A DNA stretch of 64,000 nucleotides from an uncultured Gemmatimonadales bacterium. GTDB taxonomy: Bacteria; Gemmatimonadota; Gemmatimonadetes; Longimicrobiales; Longimicrobiaceae. Below, piece after piece: positions 40,216 through 49,714 of this stretch. Below the pieces are notes generated by a model. That model saw only the letters and a list, made by a program, of their open reading frames with translations. It did not search any database and had not been told where the DNA came from. The DNA lies in the NCBI GenBank assembly GCA_963716255.1, contig OY970303.1, positions 1,984,001-2,048,000 of the forward strand. Reading direction: 5' to 3'. Position 1 is the first letter of the stretch, and each line of letters starts with the position of its first letter. Both the position numbers and the translations under genes were made by a program.

Positions 40216-40641
40216 ATGTCCTCGATCAACCGTCCCCTGGCGGGCCCCATCCTGACCTTCGACCTGCAGGAGCAGATCCAGGCCCTGCGCCGCGAGGACA
40301 CGTACGCGCGCGGGCGCGCGGGGCGTACCCTGGCCAAATCCGGGCGCTTCCGCCTCACCCTGGTCGCCATGGCGGCGCAGAACGAGATCGGGACGCACCA
40401 GGCGGACTCGCCCATGACGCTGCACGTGCTGGAAGGCGCCATCGAGTTCCGCGCCGCGGGCGAGAGCCACGAGCTGCGCGCCGGCGAGGTGCTGTTCTTC
40501 GGGCCGGGCGACGCGCACGACATCCGCGCCCTGGAGGAGAGCGTCCTCCTGATCACGCTGTCCGCGGTGGGCGACGACTACCTGGTGGAGGGCCCGGGCG
40601 ACGACCCGTCCGGCGACGAGGGGAGCGCGGTGTCGTCCTGA
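40216..40641 (+). CDS. Cupin domain protein
   Basis: HQA...LHVLEG.I.F...L.AGE.....G..H.I.A. Confidence 0.85.
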   Translation: MSSINRPLAGPILTFDLQEQIQALRREDTYARGRAGRTLAKSGRFRLTLVAMAAQNEIGTHQADSPMTLHVLEGAIEFRAAGESHELRAGEVLFFGPGDAHDIRALEESVLLITLSAVGDDYLVEGPGDDPSGDEGSAVSS

Positions 40642-40771
40642 CCCGCCGGGCGGGGGAGCGCGGCGGCTCGCTTGCGCCTCCCCCGCCCGCGGCCTACCAT
40701 TCGCTCGCCGCTCCCGGGGACGACCGGCGGTCCCCTGCACCGCACGCCCCGTCTCCCTCGCACCCGGTCCC

Positions 40772-41221
40772 GTGAAGCCCCAGCGCCACGCCGTCATCCT
40801 GGACCTGGTCCGCTCCCGCCGCGTCCCGTCGCAGGAGGTGCTGCGCGAGCTACTGGGGGAGCGCGGCATCGACGTGGCGCAGGCCACGCTGTCGCGCGAC
40901 ATCCGCGAGCTGGGGCTGGTCAAGGTGCCGGACGAGGACGGGGGGTACGTGTACACCGTGCCCTCCAACGTGACCGACCCCACGCCCACGCTGGGGCGCC
41001 TCCTCCCCACGCTGTACCTGGGCGCGGACGGAGTGGGAAACCTGCTCATCGTGCGGACCCTCACCGGCGGCGCGCAGCCCATCGCGGTGGCGCTGGACCG
41101 GGAGGAGTGGCCGGAAGTGGTGGGGACCATCGGCGGCGACGACTCCATCCTGCTGGTGCTGCGCAGGCCGGAGCAGATGGAGGCGGTGATGAAGCGCCTG
41201 GAGGAGATCGCCGGGGTGTGA
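40772..41221 (+). CDS. argR: Arginine repressor
   Basis: [26 protein letters not shown]. Confidence 0.95.
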   Translation: MKPQRHAVILDLVRSRRVPSQEVLRELLGERGIDVAQATLSRDIRELGLVKVPDEDGGYVYTVPSNVTDPTPTLGRLLPTLYLGADGVGNLLIVRTLTGGAQPIAVALDREEWPEVVGTIGGDDSILLVLRRPEQMEAVMKRLEEIAGV

Positions 41222-41244
41222 GCAGCGGGTCGAACTGCGGGTCT

Positions 41245-41373
41245 GGGCGTGCCCCCGGCTGGCGCCGGGGTCGGGCTTCGGCTCCGTAGCAGACGAAACA
41301 ACCGTCTGCAACGGAGTCGAGCCCCGCCAAACTGCCGGCGGGTCTCGCCCCTTCGGGCCGTAATCCCTCACGC
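41245..41373 (+). repeat. Structured element A, copy 10
   Basis: Full core; variable stem GCAGACG/CGTCTGC. Confidence 0.95.
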
Positions 41374-41405
41374 AACTCCCCGCCCGTACTCAAGATCCAG
41401 CCGTT

Positions 41406-41465
41406 GCCCCCTCTTCCAGGATTGGGAGTAGGGTGGCGGCTCTAAGGCCGCCGGGTGAGGGCCCT
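41406..41465 (+). repeat. REP-like module B
   Basis: CCCCTCT...GGGAGTAGGGTGGCGGCTCTAAGGCCGCCGGGTGAGGGC, shared with 46519 and 62598. Confidence 0.8.
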
Positions 41466-41860
41466 CACGCGGGGCCTGCGCTGGCGTCCGCAGGACGATG
41501 CTCCGGGGCCCGCGCGCGTCCGGGAGCGGCCGAATCCGCCATTTCGTTTCGTGGCGCGGACTTCGACCGGCTGCACGGTTGACATTCCGGCAACCATCCT
41601 GCAACATATCCCAATCAATTCTGCAAGCGGCACATGCGGGCATTCCCGCGCCCTTCGTGGCGCATCCCGCACCCATCCCGGCCGTAGCATCTTATTCGCA
41701 TTCCGGTCTTCAGCAGCCGCCGCACGCGCGTGTAGGGTCCGGGGCACCCGGACCCGGCGCGCGTCCCCCGTTTCCCTGCACGCGAGGAGGCCGCCTGCGC
41801 TTCGATCGTTCGTCCCGCGGTTCCTTCAGCCAAGCCCCACGCCGTAGCAGGAGAACTCGA

Positions 41861-44800
41861 ATGAGATTGCACCCGAGGTTCGGACAGGTGCTGGCCCTCG
41901 CCGCCGCCGTCGCCATGCTGGGCGCGGCGGCCGCTCCCCTCTCCGCCCAGTCGGTGGGGACCGTCAGCGGCCGCGTGATCGAGGCCGGCTCGCAGCGCCC
42001 CCTGAACGGGGCGCAGGTGTCCGTGGTGGGCGGCAGCCGGCGCGCCGTCACCGACGCGACCGGCGCCTACACCATCGCCAACGTCCCGGCGGGCTCCGCG
42101 CGGCTGCGCGCCGAGATGATCGGGCACACCAGCGCGGAGCAGAGCGTCGCCGTGGCGGCGGGCGGCACCGCGAACGCGGACTTCCAGCTGGGCTCCGCGG
42201 CCATCTCGCTGGACGCGCTGGTGGTCACCGGCACCGCCGGGGCCACGCAGAAGCGCGCCATCGGCAACGCGGTGACCACCGTCTCGGCGGAGGACCTCAC
42301 CTCCAAGGCGCCCATCAGCAACGTCACCCAGCTCCTCCAGGCGCGCGCGCCGGGGCTTTCCATCAACCCGGGCGCGGGCACTTCCGGCACGGCGGCGCAG
42401 ATCCGCATCCGCGGCCAGGGCTCGGTGGCGGGGGCGCAGATCCCCATCTTCATCCTGGACGGCGTCCGCATCAGCAACGTGCAGAACGGCTGGGCGGTCT
42501 CCGGGCAGTCGCGCAACCCGCTGGACTTCATCAACCCCGACGACATCGAGAGCATCGAGGTGGTGAAGGGGCCCGCGGCGGCGACGCTGTACGGCGCCGA
42601 GGCGGCCAACGGCGTGATCCAGATCATCACCAAGAAGGGCCGCAAGGGCCAGCAGGGGATGCAGTGGAACGCCAAGGTGGAGGCCGGGGAGATCGACTGG
42701 ACCATCGACACCCCCACCAACTGGGCGCTCTGCACCAACGCGCGCATCCGCACCGCGGCGAGCGGCACGGTGGGGAGCTTCCCCGGCTGCGGCGGGATCG
42801 ACTCCCTGCTCCCGGCCAACGCCATGGAGCGCCTGCTGAGCGAGAACTTCCTCACGCAGCCCAACACGCTGCGCACCGGCGAGCTCACCAACTACTCGCT
42901 CTCCACGCGGGGCGGCGGCGACCGCTACTCGTTCTTCGTCTCCGGCGACCTGCAGAAGGAGACGGGCGTCTTCTACAACAACGAGACGGGCCGCCGCTCG
43001 GGCCGCGCCAACTTCACCGTGAACCCCACGGAAAAGCTGGACATCTCGGCGAACCTGTCGTACGCCCGTACCAACTCGCAGCTCCCGCTCAACGACAACG
43101 CCTCCAACGGCCTGCTGCGCAACGGCATCCGCGGCGTCCCCGGGCGCCAGGGGCAGTACGCCGTCGGCTGGCTGGGGCTGTCGCCGGCGGAGATCAACAT
43201 CTACGAGAACCGGGCCCGCTCCGACCGCATGGTCCTGGGCGCCACCGCCAACTACTCGCCCTTTTTGTGGTTCCGCAACCGCATCACCGCGGGCGTGGAC
43301 CACAACGTGGGCGTGGCGGAGAACTTCTACCCCATCTGGCGCGGCACCACCCCGTCGCCGTACGGCGCGGACGTGGCCAACGGCGCGATCTACCAGTTCA
43401 CCCCGGAGCGCCGCAGCTACACGGTGGACTACGCGGGGACGCTGTCCAACACCATCCCGTGGGGCGAGCTGTCGTCCGACTTCTCCTTCGGGGCGCAGCT
43501 CAACTCCCGCCGCTACGAGTACACGCGCGGCGAGGGCGAGGGGCTGATCTCCAACGACCTGCGGCTCATCAACACCGCCACGGTCACGCGCTCGGCCTCG
43601 CTGTACGAGGCGCAGAGCTCGCTGGGCTTCTTCGTGCAGGAGCAGGTGGGCTGGCAGGACAAGCTGTTCGTGACCGGCGCGCTGCGCGTGGACGACAACT
43701 CGGCCTTCGGCCAGGACTTCTCCACCGTGGTGTACCCCAAGCTGTCGGCGTCGTACGTGCTTTCCGACGAGTCGTTCTTCAACGTCCCCTTCGTGGACAA
43801 CCTGCGGCTGCGCGCGGCGTGGGGGCAGGCCGGCAACTCGCCGGACCCGTTCTCGGCCGACCGCAACTACGGCGGCGCGGCTGTGGTGGACGCCAACGGG
43901 ACGCTCGCCTCGGCGCTGCGCTCCACCACCTACGGCAACCCGGACCTCAAGGCGGAGACCGGCTCCGAGATCGAGATGGGCTTCGAGAGCTCGCTCCTGA
44001 ACGGCCGGGCCGGCGTGGACTTCACCTACTACAACAAGCGCACCTTCGACGCGCTCCTCCCCCTCCCGGTGGCGCCCTCCTCGGGCTTCGGCGGCGGTGA
44101 GCTGGGCGCGGGGAGCGCAACCACCTACCGCACCCGGCTGGTGAACGCGGGCGAGATCAACAACCGCGGCATCGAGCTGTCGCTGTGGGGCACGCCGGTG
44201 TCGGGCAGGAACTTCGAGTGGGAAACCCGCCTGGGCCTTTCCACCAACCACAACGAGATGGTGGACCTGGCCGGGCTGGAGACGCAGCTGCGCGGCGACT
44301 TCGCCACCACCTCGTGGATCAAGGAAGGGTACCCGCTGGGGAGCTACTTCGGGGTGATGCCGGCCCGCAACGCGGACGGCACCTACCAGAAGGACGCGCA
44401 GGGGCGCGGCGTGCTGAGCGCCGACACCGTGTACATCGGGCCCTCCACGCCCACGCGCGAGGCTGCGTTCTCCAACACGCTGACGCTCTTCGGCAACCTG
44501 CGCTTCTACGTGTTCGCCGACTACAAGGGCGGCAACTACATGTGGAACGCCGGCGAGTTCGTCCGCAACCGCAACGACGTGGTGGCCTACGAGGTGGTGA
44601 ACCCGCAGGCGGACGTGGAGGACTACGCGTGGCGCCGCTCCGGCTCCACGCTGCCGTACGTGACCAAGGCGGACTTCGTGAAGCTCCGCGAGGTGTCGCT
44701 CTCCTACACGCTGCCGCAGGGCTTCACCGGCCGCTTCGGCTCGGACGAGATCACCTTCACCCTGGCCGGCCGCAACCTGGCCATGTGGACCGACTACTAC

Positions 44801-44929
44801 GGCATGGACCCCGAGGTGAACTTCAACGGCATCGCCAACGCCGCCGGGTTCGCCTCCACCGACCGCTCGGACTACATGTCGGTTCCCATGCTGCGGCGCC
44901 TGGTGGCCTCGCTCAACGTCCGCTTCTAG
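41861..44929 (+). CDS. SusC/RagA family TonB-dependent receptor
   Basis: DIESIEVVKGPAAATLYGAEAANGVIQIITK, NPDLKAE, C-terminal F. Confidence 0.95.
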   Translation: MRLHPRFGQVLALAAAVAMLGAAAAPLSAQSVGTVSGRVIEAGSQRPLNGAQVSVVGGSRRAVTDATGAYTIANVPAGSARLRAEMIGHTSAEQSVAVAAGGTANADFQLGSAAISLDALVVTGTAGATQKRAIGNAVTTVSAEDLTSKAPISNVTQLLQARAPGLSINPGAGTSGTAAQIRIRGQGSVAGAQIPIFILDGVRISNVQNGWAVSGQSRNPLDFINPDDIESIEVVKGPAAATLYGAEAANGVIQIITKKGRKGQQGMQWNAKVEAGEIDWTIDTPTNWALCTNARIRTAASGTVGSFPGCGGIDSLLPANAMERLLSENFLTQPNTLRTGELTNYSLSTRGGGDRYSFFVSGDLQKETGVFYNNETGRRSGRANFTVNPTEKLDISANLSYARTNSQLPLNDNASNGLLRNGIRGVPGRQGQYAVGWLGLSPAEINIYENRARSDRMVLGATANYSPFLWFRNRITAGVDHNVGVAENFYPIWRGTTPSPYGADVANGAIYQFTPERRSYTVDYAGTLSNTIPWGELSSDFSFGAQLNSRRYEYTRGEGEGLISNDLRLINTATVTRSASLYEAQSSLGFFVQEQVGWQDKLFVTGALRVDDNSAFGQDFSTVVYPKLSASYVLSDESFFNVPFVDNLRLRAAWGQAGNSPDPFSADRNYGGAAVVDANGTLASALRSTTYGNPDLKAETGSEIEMGFESSLLNGRAGVDFTYYNKRTFDALLPLPVAPSSGFGGGELGAGSATTYRTRLVNAGEINNRGIELSLWGTPVSGRNFEWETRLGLSTNHNEMVDLAGLETQLRGDFATTSWIKEGYPLGSYFGVMPARNADGTYQKDAQGRGVLSADTVYIGPSTPTREAAFSNTLTLFGNLRFYVFADYKGGNYMWNAGEFVRNRNDVVAYEVVNPQADVEDYAWRRSGSTLPYVTKADFVKLREVSLSYTLPQGFTGRFGSDEITFTLAGRNLAMWTDYYGMDPEVNFNGIANAAGFASTDRSDYMSVPMLRRLVASLNVRF

Positions 44930-44958
44930 CGTCCGCACCCACAGCCTTGCAGAGTGAC

Positions 44959-46329
44959 ATGAGACACATGAGCTTCGCGCGGCGCGCCGCCACCCTGCTC
45001 CCCGCCGTGCTGCTGGCGGGGGCGCTCGGAGCGTGCGAATCCGTGCTCGACGTGCAGAACCCCGGCGCGGTGGCGGACGACCAGCTGGGCGACACCCTGA
45101 ACGCCAAGCTGCTGGCCCCCACCGTGGTCAGCGACTTCCAGCGCGTGTACGACGACCTGGCCCGCGCCAGCGCCTGGTTCAGCGACGAGCTGGTCAGCGG
45201 CCACAACTTCGTCGGCTTCCGCGAGTGGGACGGGCGCCTCATCAAGGAGGAGCGCACCGAGCTGCGGGACATCTACACCACCCTCCACCAGGCCCGCTTC
45301 TCCGCGGACAGCCTGGTGGGCCGCTACCGCGTGCTGTACCCCACTCCCACGCCGCTGCGGACGCTGGACATCGCGCGGATGCGGGCGTACGGCGGCTACA
45401 CCTACGTCCTCTTCGGCGAGTTCTTCTGCTCGAGCCCGCTGCGCGAGAACGAGGCGGCGCTCCCCTCGGCCGAGCTGACCCGGCTGGCCATCCCGCGCTT
45501 CGAGGAGGCCATCCAGCTGGCCACCGCCGCCCGGACGGGGACCGGCGCGGTCCCGGCGGCCCGGGCGGACTCCATCGTCAACCTGGCCCGTCTGGGCCTC
45601 GCCCGCGCGTACCTGCAGCTGGGCGACAAGGCGAAGGCCATCCAGTTCGCGTCGCAGGTGCCGGCCGGCTTCGAGTTCCGGTCGTTCTACTCGGAGCAGA
45701 AGGACTACGCCGAGAACCTGTACTACGGCTCCACCACCGGGGCCAACCAGAACATGGGCGTGGACGCTCCGTTCCGGAACCTGTGGACCATCGCGGTCAA
45801 CGCCACGGACCCGGCACGGCGGGACACCCTCTACGACCCGCGCGTCCGCCACACCGCCACCTCGCGCACCGGCCACAACGGCGCCACGCCGCTGTTCCGC
45901 CCGTACGAGGGGCCGTCCTTCAGCGACTGGAAGCCGGGCACCGGCGTCCGGACCGACACCATCAACTTCACCAAGAACACCAGCATCCGCTTCGCCTCGG
46001 GGCTGGAGGCCCGCTACATCGTGGCCGAGGCGGGCGGCATGACGGACGCGCAGCTGCTGGCGTTCGTCAACGAGCGCCGCGCGGTGGGGAGGCAGCCGGC
46101 GCTGGCCTCCGCCACGGGCGTGAACCTGCAGGCCGAGCTGCGCGACCAGCGCCGCCGGGACTTCTTCCTGGACGGCCACCGCGTGGGCGACCTGCGGCGC
46201 TACAAGGCGCAGCAGGGGATCGACGAGTTCCCCAGGGGAACGCACCCGGACGCGTTCATCGGGACGTACGGGGCGGCGGAGTGCTTCGTGCCTTCGCTGG
46301 ACGAGCGCAACGGCAACCCGGCGTACTGA
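44959..46329 (+). CDS. SusD/RagB family lipoprotein
   Basis: Lipobox LGAC, RRRDFFLDGHR.GDLRR, E...NP end. Confidence 0.9.
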   Translation: MRHMSFARRAATLLPAVLLAGALGACESVLDVQNPGAVADDQLGDTLNAKLLAPTVVSDFQRVYDDLARASAWFSDELVSGHNFVGFREWDGRLIKEERTELRDIYTTLHQARFSADSLVGRYRVLYPTPTPLRTLDIARMRAYGGYTYVLFGEFFCSSPLRENEAALPSAELTRLAIPRFEEAIQLATAARTGTGAVPAARADSIVNLARLGLARAYLQLGDKAKAIQFASQVPAGFEFRSFYSEQKDYAENLYYGSTTGANQNMGVDAPFRNLWTIAVNATDPARRDTLYDPRVRHTATSRTGHNGATPLFRPYEGPSFSDWKPGTGVRTDTINFTKNTSIRFASGLEARYIVAEAGGMTDAQLLAFVNERRAVGRQPALASATGVNLQAELRDQRRRDFFLDGHRVGDLRRYKAQQGIDEFPRGTHPDAFIGTYGAAECFVPSLDERNGNPAY

Positions 46330-46352
46330 GGACTGCTGTTGACGGCGGATTC

Positions 46353-46485
46353 GGGCGTGACCCCGGCTGGCGCCGGGGTCGGGCTTCGGCTCCGTAGGGC
46401 TGCAAACAACGCAGCCCAACGGAGTCGAGACCCGGCGGAAACAGCCCCGCCGGGTCTCGCTCCTCCGGGCCGTAATCCCTCACGC
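46353..46485 (+). repeat. Structured element A, copy 11
   Basis: Full core. Confidence 0.95.
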
Positions 46486-46518
46486 AACTGCTTGCTCGTA
46501 CTCTGCATCCAGCAGTTG

Positions 46519-46643
46519 TCCCCTCTCCCAGGATGGCGCTTCACGCTTCGCGTGAACCGGATGAAGGGAGAGGGTGGCGGCTCTCAGGCCGCCGGGTGAG
46601 GGCCTGCAACGGCGCCCCCACCGGGATCTCCCGGTGGGGGCGC
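46519..46643 (+). repeat. REP-like module B plus hairpin module C
   Basis: CCCCTCTCCC..GGGAGAGGGTGGCGGCTCTCAGGCCGCCGGGTGAGGGC then GCGCCCCCACCGGGATCTCCCGGTGGGGGCGC. Confidence 0.8.
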
Positions 46644-46693
46644 TTGTCGTTCGGCGTTCGCTGTACCGCCGTTGCAGGCTGTTCCCTGTTCCC

Positions 46694-47074
46694 TCAGATC
46701 GTCGTCAGCCCGATCAGGCGCTGCACCTCTTCCAGGATGCGGCGCGGCGTGCACGGTTTGGGGAGGTAGCCGTCGCCCACGGAAAGGGCGCGGGCGCGGT
46801 CGCGCTCCATGGCGTGGCCGGTCAGGATGACGATGGGGATGAAGCAGGTGTCCGGGTCCGCCTTGAGGCGCTCCGTCGCCTCCCAGCCGTCCAGCAGCGG
46901 GAGGGTGACGTCCATCAGGATCAGCGCCGGGCGCTCCTCGCGGGCGAGGCGGACGCCCTCGTCCCCGTCGAGCGCCTCCACGACGCGGTAGCCGTGGTGC
47001 TGGAGGAAGAGGGAGCAGATGTTCCTGCTGTCGGTGTCGTCGTCGACCACCAGTACGGTCTTCTGCGGCTCCAC
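46694..47074 (-). CDS. Single-domain response regulator (CheY/DivK-like)
   Basis: VLVVDDD, ILMDVTLP, LTGHA, KP; GAGG + GTG start. Confidence 0.92.
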   Translation of the reverse strand: MEPQKTVLVVDDDTDSRNICSLFLQHHGYRVVEALDGDEGVRLAREERPALILMDVTLPLLDGWEATERLKADPDTCFIPIVILTGHAMERDRARALSVGDGYLPKPCTPRRILEEVQRLIGLTTI

Positions 47075-47277
47075 TGCACCTCGGCGGGGGGCGGAAGAGG
47101 AGTGGCTTCGCGCCGGGACGGCGCGGGGATGGTGGCGTGCAACAGATGAACAATGTATGTGCGGCGAGCCCCAGGAACGCAAGGATCTCGCGCGCCCCAC
47201 CGCCAGCATGGGGCCGTTTTTCGCAAAGGGCGGAATGCCGCGTCCGCCGCGGCCCCGGCGGGGCGTCCGGCGGGGGC

Positions 47278-47553
47278 TCAGCGCGGTGGGCCGGGGAGCA
47301 GCTCGCGGTACAGGATCTCCATCCGCTCCGGGCTCACGCCGTAGATGCGGGCCACGTAGTCCAGCGTCAACCCGTCGTCGCGCAGGTGGTCGGCGGCGAG
47401 CCGGCGGACGAGCCGCTCGGAGGGCTCCATCTCCGGCGGCCCGGAGAGCCGTCCCCGGCCCCGGACCGTCGCGGCGTCCTCGCCGCCGCGCGTCCCCGCG
47501 CGCTCGCCGGACCCTTCCCGGCGCCCGCGCGGGGCTTCGATGCTCTGGATCAT
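47278..47553 (-). CDS. Small protein with C-terminal HTH-like segment
   Basis: GGAGGAG RBS; LTLDYVARIYGVSPERM. Confidence 0.55.
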   Translation of the reverse strand: MIQSIEAPRGRREGSGERAGTRGGEDAATVRGRGRLSGPPEMEPSERLVRRLAADHLRDDGLTLDYVARIYGVSPERMEILYRELLPGPPR

Positions 47554-47731
47554 CGGCTCCTCCGCCCGGACGGCAATCGGCGGTTTCCGACCTCGCATGG
47601 GGTGGCGGCGAGGTGCATTTCGCGTGCCTTCCCCGCCGCCGCCGGGCGGGACGGCCCCCGCGGCCTTGAGACAACCCCGTGCCGGACGTAGATTTGCCGC
47701 ACCGAGCCAACGCTTCCGCGACCGGAGAGCC

Positions 47732-48562
47732 ATGAGCCAGACCTGTCCTTCGTGCCATCAGCCGGCCAGCGGCCGCTTCTGCTCCCACTGCGGCGCGGCC
47801 GTGTCGGCCGAGTGCCGCGAGTGCGGAAACGCGCTTCCGCCCGGCGCCCGCTTCTGCAACCACTGCGGCGCCACCGCGGCCGCCGGCGCCGAGGGCGCGC
47901 CGGCGCACGCGCACGGCGCGTCCCGCTGGCCCGCCTGGCTCCCCTGGGCGGTAGCGGGAGGCGCGCTGGTCGTGGCGCTCGCCGCGTTCCTGGTCCCCCG
48001 CGGCGGCGATCCCCAGCCGGCGCCGGCCGGCTCCCCGGCCATGTCGGGGAGCGCGCTGAACGGGCCCACGGGGGCCGCCGCGCCGCCGCCCGCCCTGGCG
48101 CCCGCGGGGAACCCGGGCGGCGTGGACCTGTCGTCCATGACCCCGCGCGAGGCCGCGGACCGGCTCTTCAACCGCGTCATGCAGAGCGTGTCCAGCGGCG
48201 ACACCGCGCAGGCGCGCACCTTTCTGCCCATGGCCATCGCCGCGTACGGCCGCGTGGGACAGCTGGACACCGACGGCCGCTACCACCTGGCCGTGCTGCA
48301 CCTGGCCAACAACGACCCGCGGTCCGCGCGCGCCGAGGCGAACGCGATCCTGTCCGTGGAGCCGCGGCACCTGTTCGGGCTGATCACCGCGGCCGAGGCG
48401 GAGACCAAGCTGGGCAACGGGGCGCGGGCGCGCGACCTGTACCAGCGGTTCCTGTCGTCGTTCGAGACGGAGCGCACGCGGGACCTGCTCGAGTACCGCG
48501 ACCACGCGCAGGCGTTGGAGCCCATGCGGCAGGAGGCGCAGCGGGCGGTGGGTGGAGTGTGA
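47732..48562 (+). CDS. Double zinc-ribbon membrane protein with TPR-like C-terminus
   Basis: Four CxxC pairs, one TM helix, helical repeat tail. Confidence 0.82.
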   Translation: MSQTCPSCHQPASGRFCSHCGAAVSAECRECGNALPPGARFCNHCGATAAAGAEGAPAHAHGASRWPAWLPWAVAGGALVVALAAFLVPRGGDPQPAPAGSPAMSGSALNGPTGAAAPPPALAPAGNPGGVDLSSMTPREAADRLFNRVMQSVSSGDTAQARTFLPMAIAAYGRVGQLDTDGRYHLAVLHLANNDPRSARAEANAILSVEPRHLFGLITAAEAETKLGNGARARDLYQRFLSSFETERTRDLLEYRDHAQALEPMRQEAQRAVGGV

Positions 48563-48580
48563 GGGTTTTCCGCTGATCTG

Positions 48581-48716
48581 GTAGCGGGGGGGCCGCTACG
48601 GAGCCCGGCGGAAACTGCCCCGCCGGTCTCCTGCGCGGGCTCCGGGAGCCTCGCCGAACAGCCGGCGAGTCTCCCTGCGCCGGAGTGAGCCAGCCGAAAC
48701 GACCCGGCTGTCTCCC
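48581..48716 (+). repeat. Tandem triplet of element-A-type hairpin modules
   Basis: Three GAGC-stem-(A)AACNRCC-stem-TCTC units at 48601-48630, 48646-48673, 48687-48714. Confidence 0.7.
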
Positions 48717-48860
48717 TCCGAACGGATTCATATGGGTACGACGAACGGCGAACGGCGCCCACACCCGGAGATCCCGGCGGGGCGCCGTTTCGGTTTGTGG
48801 AGGCCGCGAAGCCGCAGCGAACGCGGGGGAGGCGTGCGAGCTGGGCCCTCCCAGGCTGTT

Positions 48861-48989
48861 GCGTGAGGGATTACGGCCCGAAGGGGCGAGACCGCGCGGC
48901 TGTTTGCGCGGGCTCGACTCCGTTACGCACGGTTGTTTCGTGCGTTACGGAGCCGAAGCCCGACCCCGGCGCCAGCCGGGGGCACGCCC
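48861..48989 (-). repeat. Structured element A, copy 12
   Basis: Full core, nearly identical to copy 4. Confidence 0.95.
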
Positions 48990-49015
48990 GAACCCGCCGT
49001 TCAAAGCCGTTCCAC

Positions 49016-49702
49016 TCAGTACGGCGGCTCGGCGGGCCCGGCGTACCCGCACACGCCGAACCGGGGCGAGTTCACCGGCGGCATCATTTCCTCCAATCCA
49101 TGCTCGTGCCCCGGCACGTGCGCGTCGCAGAGAGGCGTCCATTCGCCATCCTCCGTCCAGCACTCCATGCAAAGCTGCGTGGACGGCTCGCCGCACTTCG
49201 TGCAGGGGATCGGCGGAGGCGCGTTCCGGGCCATCAGCACGATGGGGTCGGAGGTGGTCGCCTTCCCCTCCCGGAAGTCCACTGCCTTGACCAGCGTGTA
49301 CGACGAGGACCCGAAGTCGTAGATGTGCGTCAGCTCCACGCCCAGCCTGAAGACCGCCGTCGCGCTGACCTCGAAGTCGATCTCCTCGCCCTTCCAGCCG
49401 CCGACCGAGAACTGGCTCATGTGGTCGCAGCACTCCAGCCAGATGGTCCTGAGATAGTGGTCCAACTCGTCCAGGGTGACGGCCCCGTCCATCTCCAGGT
49501 GGAGCCAGTACTCGCCGGACCAGCTGTCCTGCACCTGCAGGTGGATGAACGGCCGGCTCTTCCCCGGCTCCAGGTCGGCGGCCTGCACCGCCGCCCTCCG
49601 CTTCGCGCACGTACGGAGGTGGCGGGACATGCCTCCACGGGTGGATGCCTTGCCGCAGTACGCGCAGTCGCCCTGCGTCACGATCCGGTCTTCATCGTCC
49701 AT
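49016..49702 (-). CDS. pRiA4b ORF3-like protein with zinc fingers
   Basis: CxxC..H...C N-terminus; TL.ELD..LR.IWLECCDH.S.F, YDFGS, NSPR.GVCGY. Confidence 0.75.
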   Translation of the reverse strand: MDDEDRIVTQGDCAYCGKASTRGGMSRHLRTCAKRRAAVQAADLEPGKSRPFIHLQVQDSWSGEYWLHLEMDGAVTLDELDHYLRTIWLECCDHMSQFSVGGWKGEEIDFEVSATAVFRLGVELTHIYDFGSSSYTLVKAVDFREGKATTSDPIVLMARNAPPPIPCTKCGEPSTQLCMECWTEDGEWTPLCDAHVPGHEHGLEEMMPPVNSPRFGVCGYAGPAEPPY

Positions 49703-49714
49703 GGGTCTCCTCCC

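Noticed and set aside
41575..41710. ARG boxes upstream of the second susC-like gene
   Set aside because: Only partial matches (GCATCTTATTC) with wrong spacing; not supportable.
49016..49702. pRiA4b ORF3-like gene as evidence of a plasmid or IS
   Set aside because: No transposase, integrase or boundary repeats nearby; such proteins also occur on chromosomes.
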